Origin: a virus | Length of the DNA stretch: 64,000 nucleotides | IMG/VR virus record: IMGVR_UViG_3300045988_107889 | Coordinates: 42,257-106,256 of that record | Direction: 5' to 3' (one strand) | Shown here: positions 15,877 through 23,076 of the stretch, piece after piece | How positions within the stretch are numbered: the stretch's first letter is position 1 | How the letters are laid out: each line of letters opens with the position of its first letter | Translations under genes and position numbers: made by a program | Notes under the pieces: model-generated | Seen by the model: the letters and a program-made list of their open reading frames with translations, nothing else | Told to the model about the DNA's origin: nothing | Databases searched by the model: none

Positions 15877-16749
15877 ATGACAGTGACAGCTTATGAAGAA
15901 TTGTTGAGCAAGTTGTTGTTCGAAGAACGGAACGGTGGACAGTTGGCGTATGCTTACGTGTCTCCGGAAATGGCGACGGGTTTGTTGGCTATGTCCGGCG
16001 GCAATCGTCCGATCAGTAAGAGCACTGTGAATAAGTACAAGTCCCATATGATGAATGGCACATGGGATGAAGATACTCCGACTGGCTTTATTATGTTTGA
16101 TAAGGCTGGTGTTCTTATCGACGGGCATCACCGGCTCGAAGCAGTGAAGCGCTGCGGTAAGACAGTAAAGATGTTCTTCCTGTTCAATATGGAACGCAGT
16201 CCGTACATTGACCGGGGTAGGGCGAGAAGTGAAGCCGACGCTTTGTGTATGGCCGAGGGCGGAAACAGAGGAAAGATTTCTTCTTACAAGCGCTCGGTTG
16301 CAATCTGCATGGTGCTGAATGAGTTTAGTGCGAGGCACTTGGAGAATGAAGCTAAGAGAGCGGACATGATTTCGAAGCACATCGCTGAATTCTCCTGGGT
16401 TAATAGTTTCTTGAAGGTGAGACAGAGAAAACTTGGCACGGCTCCGGTCACAGCTGCCATGTATCTGGCGAAAGAAGCCGGAGCGAGCGATGTTAAGCTC
16501 GAATACTTCTGGAATGTTCTCCAGACTGGTTATGCTGAGTCTAGTTTGGATAGGCAGATTGTCCGCTTGAGAGATTGGATTAAGGATTCTACTATTGATG
16601 GCCGGTGCAAGCATTATCGTCACCGTGTGTTCTTGACGACCTCTTATGTGTTGTCCAGATGGTTGGACGGCAAGGAAACCAAAGGCGTTCCCGATCCTGA
16701 GTGCTTGGTTGTTTGGAACAACGGTCAGCAAAGAATTGATAACGCATAA
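15877..16749 (+). CDS. ParB/Srx-like N-terminal domain protein
   Basis: 290-aa ORF with TAGGAGG upstream. NRPISKSTVNKYKSHMMNGTW...VLIDGHHRLEAV matches the ParB-type DGxHR box. Confidence 0.6.
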   Translation: MTVTAYEELLSKLLFEERNGGQLAYAYVSPEMATGLLAMSGGNRPISKSTVNKYKSHMMNGTWDEDTPTGFIMFDKAGVLIDGHHRLEAVKRCGKTVKMFFLFNMERSPYIDRGRARSEADALCMAEGGNRGKISSYKRSVAICMVLNEFSARHLENEAKRADMISKHIAEFSWVNSFLKVRQRKLGTAPVTAAMYLAKEAGASDVKLEYFWNVLQTGYAESSLDRQIVRLRDWIKDSTIDGRCKHYRHRVFLTTSYVLSRWLDGKETKGVPDPECLVVWNNGQQRIDNA

Positions 16750-16815
16750 ATAGAATCGCAATTTGAACAAACGTCAGTAACTACAGTTAATAACCAACAA
16801 AAACATTCGCATTTT

Positions 16816-16855
16816 TTCTCAAAAAAAATGAGAAGCTATTTCCGGAACGGGATAG
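16816..16855 (+). promoter_or_regulatory. conserved two-hairpin element, copy 1 (apical CCGGAACGG)
   Basis: TTCTCA-A7-TGAGAA then CTATTTCCGGAACGGGATAG. Covaries with the copy at 22730-22772. The second hairpin recurs at 20136-20155. Confidence 0.5.
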
Positions 16856-17170
16856 TAATATATTGCCAGAGGAGAGCATCTCGCTGCCAAGCCTGATGGC
16901 AGTACCGCCGAGCGACTCGTGCATCCGCCAACCCAGCCGCAGGTCATCACAAGAGCAGACGCGAAAAAAAAAATGCCCACCACGCAGTCGCCCCGCATCA
17001 GAAAGGCACAAGGCTCGAAGCGACATGGAAGGTCGCAACGGTACAACTATAGGCAAACGCACCCTGCAAGCAACGCAAGTACATTATGGCGCAAGCCACC
17101 TAACGACATCGCTCGATTTCCTGATTTCCTGAGGCCCATATCTAGGAGTGTAATGTTGGTTTACGACTGA
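16856..17170 (+). ncRNA. T-poor non-coding leader R1, candidate ncRNA paralogous to the RT leader
   Basis: No credible ORF. Shares the block CATCCGCCAACCCAGCCGCAGG (16922-16943) with CATCCGCCACCAGCAGGGG at 22931-22949. Confidence 0.35.
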
Positions 17171-17202
17171 GTTAATAATACATGAAAAAAGGAGTACATA
17201 AC

Positions 17203-17592
17203 ATGGAAATTATCGTATGTGGTAACGCAGTAACGCTCAAGAGTGCTTTCACTCTTGAAGAAATCAATCGCGCAGCTCTGTATCGGCCTAAGTCTGTACA
17301 GCTGCTGGACGAAGATGGCAACGCACTGTTTTACACTCTCGCTGGCGAGAGAGGAGTAGTAGCACCGACCGGTATTATCTATGAGGCTGAGTCTTGTGAT
17401 GGCTCTGGTCGTGCGGTCGTAACAGTGAGTCTTATTACCGAAGCTGACCGTTCCGTACGTGAGGTTGTTGCCGAGAGATATGCTTCTGTTATCGAGAAGG
17501 TAGAAAAGATTGAAGCCCAGGTGCGCGAAGCGCTGGAAGAGATCGACGTTATGATGGCACGGGTCAGTTCCAAGATCGTAGTAGCTGGCTAA
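17203..17592 (+). CDS. hypothetical protein ending ...KIVVAG (cassette gene 1)
   Basis: Start trimmed to the ATG at 17203, 8 nt after AAGGAG. 129 aa with a C-terminal coiled segment and a terminal Gly. Confidence 0.65.
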   Translation: MEIIVCGNAVTLKSAFTLEEINRAALYRPKSVQLLDEDGNALFYTLAGERGVVAPTGIIYEAESCDGSGRAVVTVSLITEADRSVREVVAERYASVIEKVEKIEAQVREALEEIDVMMARVSSKIVVAG

Positions 17593-17633
17593 AACAAATA
17601 AGCATAGATGTAATAACAGAAAGGAAGTATAAC

Positions 17634-17873
17634 ATGATTATTGTTAATGTTCGTAGCACCACCCGGCGTTTTGATGGTCAGGCTGTAGATGAGAGCGTGG
17701 AAACCCCTCGTTCTCTGTTCGAGAAGATCGGAATTGAGTGCAGCCGTAGCGTAAATTCTCTTTCCGGCACGATTCTGACGCCTGATGATATGAGTTGCAC
17801 TTTTGCCGAACTTGGTGCCGCTGGTGTTTGTACTCTGAGTGCTATTGTTAAGGCGCAAGGTAACGCGATCTGA
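17634..17873 (+). CDS. small protein, candidate ubiquitin-like beta-grasp modifier (cassette gene 2)
   Basis: 79 aa, starts MIIVNVR and ends AIVKAQGNAI. Sits in a JAB/E1 neighbourhood. The fold is not verifiable by eye. Confidence 0.6.
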   Translation: MIIVNVRSTTRRFDGQAVDESVETPRSLFEKIGIECSRSVNSLSGTILTPDDMSCTFAELGAAGVCTLSAIVKAQGNAI

Positions 17874-17999
17874 TTCGAGTTAGCACAATCTACGAGGCCG
17901 GACAATGTCCGGCCTCGTACATAACACAGTGAGTTGCTGGGAGGGCATTCGGTTACGTCGGATGACCTGCCAAGAGTTCATAAAGAAAGGAGAAGATAT

Positions 18000-19415
18000 A
18001 TGTTTTCAAATTGTTTGAAGCGCAGTGAAGTTTTAGTGCTGGCCCCAGAGCTGGAGTCTGAGTTTTCTAATATTGCTGGCGACGGGACGTTCAAAGGCGA
18101 TGACTTTGCGTTGGCAATGGCTCGGTTGTTTTTGAAGCCAAGAGTTCCGGCGGACGTGTGCATCACGGTTAGAGTGGTGGATTCTAATTGTGCTGATTGG
18201 ATTACGTGGATAAAAGACAAAGAGCGTTTTTCGGAGGTGACTTCTCAAGACAACACAATTACATTTTGCGTGTGTGATAAGGTTAAGGCCGTAGAAACTT
18301 TAGTCAGTAATATGAAATGTGCGAGCAGTTGGAAAGAGAAGACGGCAAGAGAGCTGAATCTAATGAAAGAACGACTCGGTATCATACTGAGAATTTTCAG
18401 TAATGAAGAGAGGAAGAGTACGGTTGTCCTTACCGACGTGGATAACTATGGCTCGTGGCATTACCTAGTGTGTCTTTTCAATGTATTCTGCCCATGGTAC
18501 ATTAAAGACAGGACTGAAGCGGAGTCAAAGTTTATTAAGATTCTGTCCAAAGAAGACTCCGGCATGAGTGTAATCTGTAAAGCGATGAACGATATGGTTG
18601 CCGCTGCTGTGGACGTGGCCTCAGCTAAAAAGAGATATTACCTTTATGGCTATGAGGGAAAGCTAAGGAACGTACAGAGGGAAAGATACACAAAGAAGAT
18701 GGAGAGTGCAAGAAGTCAGATCAATAAATTGACGTCCGATTTGAGAGATTGGTATAGAGAATACGAAGGTTGGTCTTTGTTGGTGGCAGCAATTGACAAC
18801 AGTAATGTTGAGAGCAAGAACGAGTTAATGGATTATTTTCTGTCGAACAAAAATGTGTCTGTTGAGAGCGGTGACAAAGATGGGAATATCGTATATGTTG
18901 TAACTGGTTATATGACACTGTTTGATCCAGAGATTGCGAGAGAGTACATCAACAATTGGTCGTCGATTTTTTATACGCAGTCTTCGTATGCGGGCCTGAC
19001 AGAAAGTGATACTAAAAAGTTAATGACAGGGATTTTCATTGACTCTGATATCAAAGTAAGAATGTGTTCCGCATGGAGACTTTCTTTCGGAGGAGGGGTA
19101 CTACCCATCGTGGCATATGGGTATGGCTGTGAATACAACAGCTATCTCCCCAACACACACCTTGATAAATATGGTTGCATGGGGAGCTGGCAACAGGCGT
19201 TAGAGAAATCTTGCGACAAATGTGACTACGTTTATACGGTAGACACGACGTGTGCCGAAAGCGGGAATCTGAATCTTAGTGATACTGTCGTATTGAGATC
19301 ATTCCTTGAAGAGTTGTTGAGAGAAGGCGCTGTAGTATTGGAGTTGCCGGATGGGCGAGTAGTTAATTACATCGACGCAATTAAATGGATAAAGGAGAAT
19401 AAGAGCAATGAATAA
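18000..19415 (+). CDS. hypothetical 471-aa protein with an E2-like LPNTH..GC loop near the C-terminus (cassette gene 3)
   Basis: Start trimmed to the ATG at 18000 after AAAGGAG. LPNTHLDKYGCMGSW is encoded at about 19146-19190. Confidence 0.65.
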   Translation: MFSNCLKRSEVLVLAPELESEFSNIAGDGTFKGDDFALAMARLFLKPRVPADVCITVRVVDSNCADWITWIKDKERFSEVTSQDNTITFCVCDKVKAVETLVSNMKCASSWKEKTARELNLMKERLGIILRIFSNEERKSTVVLTDVDNYGSWHYLVCLFNVFCPWYIKDRTEAESKFIKILSKEDSGMSVICKAMNDMVAAAVDVASAKKRYYLYGYEGKLRNVQRERYTKKMESARSQINKLTSDLRDWYREYEGWSLLVAAIDNSNVESKNELMDYFLSNKNVSVESGDKDGNIVYVVTGYMTLFDPEIAREYINNWSSIFYTQSSYAGLTESDTKKLMTGIFIDSDIKVRMCSAWRLSFGGGVLPIVAYGYGCEYNSYLPNTHLDKYGCMGSWQQALEKSCDKCDYVYTVDTTCAESGNLNLSDTVVLRSFLEELLREGAVVLELPDGRVVNYIDAIKWIKENKSNE

Positions 19416-20094
19416 GGCAACTAATGCAACGGATTTGTTGGCTGCGACAAATCCGTGCAAAATCGTATACAGTAAGAAGGCATGGATGAAGACGTGTTTG
19501 CTTGTTATGAATAGGAATCTTGAGGTTGGATGGCACGGAGTTGCAAGAAGGTTGGAAAATCCAGCTGAGTTTATCGTGGAGGACGTCTTGGTATTCCCCC
19601 AGAAGGTCACGTCGGCAAGCACCGAACCTGAAGATGCGGACTATGTGAACTGGCAGGATTCTCTTAACACGGAAATATTCAATAAGGTTCGGTTGTACGG
19701 GCATTCTCATGTGAACATGGGTGTCAGTCCATCTTCTACGGATATAAAGTATAGAGCAGATTTGCTGACAGACGTTGATGATTTCTACGTCTTTCAGATT
19801 TTCAATAAGAAAGGCTACATATCCTCACAGGTTTATGATGTTAGAGAAGGCATCCTGTACGAAAGCGACAATGTGGAACTCGCAGTGGAACGATGGAACC
19901 CCGCTGTATATGATTTGTGCAGAGGGTTTTTCGATAACATTGACCGGTTTGAGAAGGTGGACGTGCGTGATGTACAGGATGGAATCGAGTGGATCATGAA
20001 CGCAGCATCCGAGTTTGAAAAATTCATGGAGGACGCAGATAAAATTATTGATGAGCGGCCCGATTGGCGTGACGGTAAGATGTTAATTAAGTAA
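19408..20094 (+). CDS. JAB/MPN (JAMM) metalloprotease
   Basis: GHSHVNMGVSPSSTD gives H-x-H-x7-S-x2-D, with upstream acidic EFIVEDV. ATG overlaps the end of the previous gene. Confidence 0.8.
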   Translation: MNKATNATDLLAATNPCKIVYSKKAWMKTCLLVMNRNLEVGWHGVARRLENPAEFIVEDVLVFPQKVTSASTEPEDADYVNWQDSLNTEIFNKVRLYGHSHVNMGVSPSSTDIKYRADLLTDVDDFYVFQIFNKKGYISSQVYDVREGILYESDNVELAVERWNPAVYDLCRGFFDNIDRFEKVDVRDVQDGIEWIMNAASEFEKFMEDADKIIDERPDWRDGKMLIK

Positions 20095-20135
20095 AAAACA
20101 TATGTGCCTGTACAGATATGTTAAATTACATATCA

Positions 20136-20155
20136 CTCTTGTCGGAACGAGGGAG
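20136..20155 (+). promoter_or_regulatory. conserved CGGAACG hairpin, copy 2
   Basis: CTCTTGTCGGAACGAGGGAG, compared with CTCTTACCGGAACGGAAGAG (22753-22772) and CTATTTCCGGAACGGGATAG (16836-16855). Confidence 0.45.
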
Positions 20156-20267
20156 TAACAAATGGCTGTGTCGCTTCAAAAGTTTTCCGCTCTGGGAGTA
20201 GGAAAACTTTTTGAACTTAAACAGCTGGTTAGCTGTTCAGAGGTACATAAGAAAGGAGAAGACCGGT

Positions 20268-20609
20268 ATGGAGGTATATTGTGTGATAACAGAAACAGAC
20301 CAGGGTATTGATTTATCCGGTGTTTATTGGAATTTGGAGAGTGCGGTAGAACACGTGAAACGTAGGTTTTATTCAGTGTTTCAAGAATACGTCGATGATG
20401 GATGCGAAATGATTGAAGGTGACAATTTTAATGCTCCAGATAAATACGGCGCGACAATTTATCTGGAACCGGACGACTATTGGATTTGGCGTGTTTACTT
20501 TGGCGAAGTAAGAGATGAGTGCCTGGTGAGTGGGCCGAACGAAGTGGTGCCGCCGCTAGAAGGGAAGCGTGTTGACGAAGAGACGCTTATGAATTGTTTG
20601 CTGCTATAG
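20268..20609 (+). CDS. CLLL-tail paralog 1
   Basis: ATG at 20268 after AAAGGAG. Ends VDEETLMNCLLL. Confidence 0.7.
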   Translation: MEVYCVITETDQGIDLSGVYWNLESAVEHVKRRFYSVFQEYVDDGCEMIEGDNFNAPDKYGATIYLEPDDYWIWRVYFGEVRDECLVSGPNEVVPPLEGKRVDEETLMNCLLL

Positions 20610-20616
20610 AGGTGAT

Positions 20617-20958
20617 ATGATGTTTGAACTTGGGCAGAAAGTTACGCTTGCCCCAAAGTCATGGGATGAATTTCGGGGTGCTTTAATGGAGTTGTTTGCG
20701 AGAGAGATGATAGTAGATGAATTCTCAACTACTCATAAAGAAATGATATTGGTTACAGGGGTGCTTTATGGGGAAGGCGATTCTTGGTTTAACGACCTTC
20801 TAATAAATGGAGGTGAGATTATCAAGTGCTATGCTACTGGTTGGTATATGGTGAATATAAATGGAGTAAAACTGAAATTTCACGAAAGCGTGTTGTGTCT
20901 GAAAGAAGACATGAGGTCAGTTGATGAAAAATTGTTCATAAGTTGCTTATTATTGTGA
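20617..20958 (+). CDS. CLLL-tail paralog 2
   Basis: 113 aa with GAGGTGA upstream. Ends VDEKLFISCLLL. N-terminus ELGQKVTLAPKSWDEF. Confidence 0.75.
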   Translation: MMFELGQKVTLAPKSWDEFRGALMELFAREMIVDEFSTTHKEMILVTGVLYGEGDSWFNDLLINGGEIIKCYATGWYMVNINGVKLKFHESVLCLKEDMRSVDEKLFISCLLL

Positions 20959-20967
20959 GGTGATATA

Positions 20968-21300
20968 ATGTTTAGACCTGGGCAGCGGGTTGAGCTTATT
21001 CCCAAAACGTGGGATGAATTTAATGATAACTTACGGGCGGTATTTCCGAATGGAGCTGTGTCGCAGAGCGTAGACATCATCACAAACGAAAGATTTATAT
21101 ACGCCGACGATGTGATGTACGCGGAGGGCGATCCTTACCTCAGAGAGTTTATAAGAGACGGCGGCGAGATCGTTGAGTATGAACTTGGCGGTTGGTACAG
21201 GATAAGGGTTAGCAAAAAAGAGATGTCTTTCTATAAAAGTGTGTTGCGGTTAAAGCAATCTATTGATGAGCAGGTTTTTATGAACTGTTTGTTGTTGTGA
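20968..21300 (+). CDS. CLLL-tail paralog 3
   Basis: 110 aa with GAGGTGA upstream. Ends IDEQVFMNCLLL. N-terminus RPGQRVELIPKTWDEF. Confidence 0.75.
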   Translation: MFRPGQRVELIPKTWDEFNDNLRAVFPNGAVSQSVDIITNERFIYADDVMYAEGDPYLREFIRDGGEIVEYELGGWYRIRVSKKEMSFYKSVLRLKQSIDEQVFMNCLLL

Positions 21301-21584
21301 TAAGAGGTGGCGCTTTGAATATCGTAGCTGGTCAGAAATTTAGAGTTAAAAAGTGGTCAGAAAGCAATTCTGACCGCTTTTTTACCAGTAGCCATGAAAA
21401 GTATTGCGGGAAAACATTAACGGTGAGAGAAAAAGGTATACATAGAGGTGTGAGCGGTTACGTTCGCCCGATAATTTGGGCGTACGAATGTAGAGAGGTC
21501 GTGTGGTTTTCATGGATGATAGAACCTATTGAGGACCGCCGTCGTGTTAATGAAAATCTGTTTCTAAGCTGCTTGTTGTTGTAG
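21297..21584 (+). CDS. CLLL-tail paralog 4
   Basis: GTG at 21297 in a GTGA overlap; alternative TTG at 21315 after AAGAGGTGG. Ends VNENLFLSCLLL. Confidence 0.7.
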   Translation: MIRGGALNIVAGQKFRVKKWSESNSDRFFTSSHEKYCGKTLTVREKGIHRGVSGYVRPIIWAYECREVVWFSWMIEPIEDRRRVNENLFLSCLLL

Positions 21585-21591
21585 GTGATGT

Positions 21592-21933
21592 ATGAAATTT
21601 GAAGATATGTATGTTGGGCAAAAGATTAGGGTACGGACTTTAGACGACATGGTATCTGACCCTGATTTAACGTATAGACTTGATAAGTCTTTTAAAGTAG
21701 CGACGATCAGGTCTAAGGATAATACAACTCATTTGAGCTTAATTCGTAAGACAATGCGTTATTGTGGTACAGCTGTGACGGTGTTCTCATTAACAGAAAA
21801 TCTTGCACCAACAGAGTGGAGGCATGTTTATATAGAAGAAGATAATCAATATTACCCATGGGAGTCTTGGATGTTTGAACCGATTGAAAGTAAGGTTGAT
21901 AGTGATGTATTCTTGAGTTGTTTAATGTTATGA
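21592..21933 (+). CDS. CLLL-tail paralog 5 (CLML)
   Basis: 113 aa with TAGGTGA upstream. Ends VDSDVFLSCLML. Confidence 0.75.
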   Translation: MKFEDMYVGQKIRVRTLDDMVSDPDLTYRLDKSFKVATIRSKDNTTHLSLIRKTMRYCGTAVTVFSLTENLAPTEWRHVYIEEDNQYYPWESWMFEPIESKVDSDVFLSCLML

Positions 21934-21946
21934 GGAGGCATGAAAA

Positions 21947-22615
21947 ATGAATTTGTCGAAGAGTATTGAGTTCTTTAACCCCACAAAGGTCAAAGAAAGA
22001 GTACATATCATCGGCTGTGGCGCGTCCGGTTCCACTGTAGCCGAATTGTTGGCAAGAGCTGGGCTTGAGAAGGTTACTCTGTACGATTTTGACAAGGTTG
22101 AGTCGCACAATATCGCGAATCAGATGTTCAATGATAGCGACATCGGTAGAAATAAAGCTGAAGCCGTGAAAGATATGATGTTAAGTATCAATCCTGATGC
22201 AAATGGTATTGAAGTAGTTCAGGAGGGGTATACCAACCAGCGTCTGTCCGGCTATGTCTTCCTTATGGTGGACAACATTGATCTCCGCAGAAAAATTTGC
22301 GAAGAAAATGCTAGAAACCCGTATATCAAAGCTGTGTTTGATACCAGACTTCGGCTGACGGACGCGCAACACTTTGCGGCTGACTGGAGTTCTAGTGCGA
22401 TGGTTGAAAATCTGATTAACTCCATGCAGTTTACTCAAGAGGAAGCTCTGGCTGAAACTCCTCGATCTGCATGTAACCTGGAGCTTAGTATCGCTCCTTC
22501 CGTGCGGATGATTTGCTCTTGTGCAGTAGCAAACTTCATGAATTTTGTGAATGGGCGTTCGATCAAGAAGATAGTTTTGATCGACGCCTTTGATTTTACT
22601 ATGGAAGCATATTAA
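21947..22615 (+). CDS. ThiF/MoeB/E1-like adenylyltransferase (adenylation domain only)
   Basis: VHIIGCGASGSTVAELL Rossmann loop, DFDKVESHNIANQ, GRNKAEA, MVDNIDLRRKI. GAGGAGG lies 8 nt before the ATG. Confidence 0.8.
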   Translation: MNLSKSIEFFNPTKVKERVHIIGCGASGSTVAELLARAGLEKVTLYDFDKVESHNIANQMFNDSDIGRNKAEAVKDMMLSINPDANGIEVVQEGYTNQRLSGYVFLMVDNIDLRRKICEENARNPYIKAVFDTRLRLTDAQHFAADWSSSAMVENLINSMQFTQEEALAETPRSACNLELSIAPSVRMICSCAVANFMNFVNGRSIKKIVLIDAFDFTMEAY

Positions 22616-22729
22616 ATATTAGTTGTTTGAGGTGGAAATTTCGTGTCGCCACGCGCCTTAATGGCTAAAGAGATGCAGGGGAATGGCACGCCTGCTAACA
22701 ACCAATTCAATCTAAATATCTGAAAGCAC

Positions 22730-22772
22730 TTTCTATTTAAAAAAAATAGAAACTCTTACCGGAACGGAAGAG
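22730..22772 (+). promoter_or_regulatory. conserved two-hairpin element, copy 3
   Basis: TTTCTAT-loop-ATAGAAA then CTCTTACCGGAACGGAAGAG. Compensatory changes relative to copy 1. Confidence 0.5.
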
Positions 22773-23060
22773 TGGCACATCGTCCGAAAGAGGAACCCCG
22801 CTGCGTGCGATAGCAAACCAATACTTGGTGCCCTCCAAGAAGGCTTAACACCCCGGTGGCATCTTCTCTGATGAGAAGCATCGCCCGAACAACAGGAAAA
22901 ACCAGAAGGATATTCGTTCGACAGGTTCAACATCCGCCACCAGCAGGGGTATCCGGCAAACAATAAACGCCAAGTCAGGGATTTCACCGTCTCAGACGAC
23001 GACAAGCTCCGCGATGAGCATCTCGTACTGACATCCAAATCCATATATAGTTTCAGATAA
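22773..23060 (+). ncRNA. T-poor leader R2 upstream of the RT, candidate RT-associated ncRNA
   Basis: 460-nt gap between the E1 and RT genes with no plus-strand ORF. Local hairpins, e.g. CTTCTC-TGAT-GAGAAG. Shares blocks with R1. Confidence 0.4.
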
Positions 23061-23076
23061 AAGCAAGGAGAATAAT

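Noticed and set aside
15850-16770. 306-aa minus-strand ORF.
   Set aside because: It is antisense to the ParB-like gene, which has TAGGAGG + ATG and a recognisable motif.
16787-17170. Four overlapping ORFs in the R1 leader (16787..17062, 16819..17046, 16863..17132, 16919..17170).
   Set aside because: They are mutually overlapping on both strands, have Arg/Ser/Pro-rich low-complexity translations and have no SD. The region is better explained as non-coding.
20598-21933. The C-terminal CLLL/CLML of the five paralogs looks like a eukaryotic CaaX prenylation box.
   Set aside because: All other signals (SD sites, sigma-70 promoters, tRNA structure, anaerobic Nrd) indicate a bacterial host without protein prenyltransferases. 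The conserved tail is 12 residues long, not 4. The resemblance is kept only as a curiosity.
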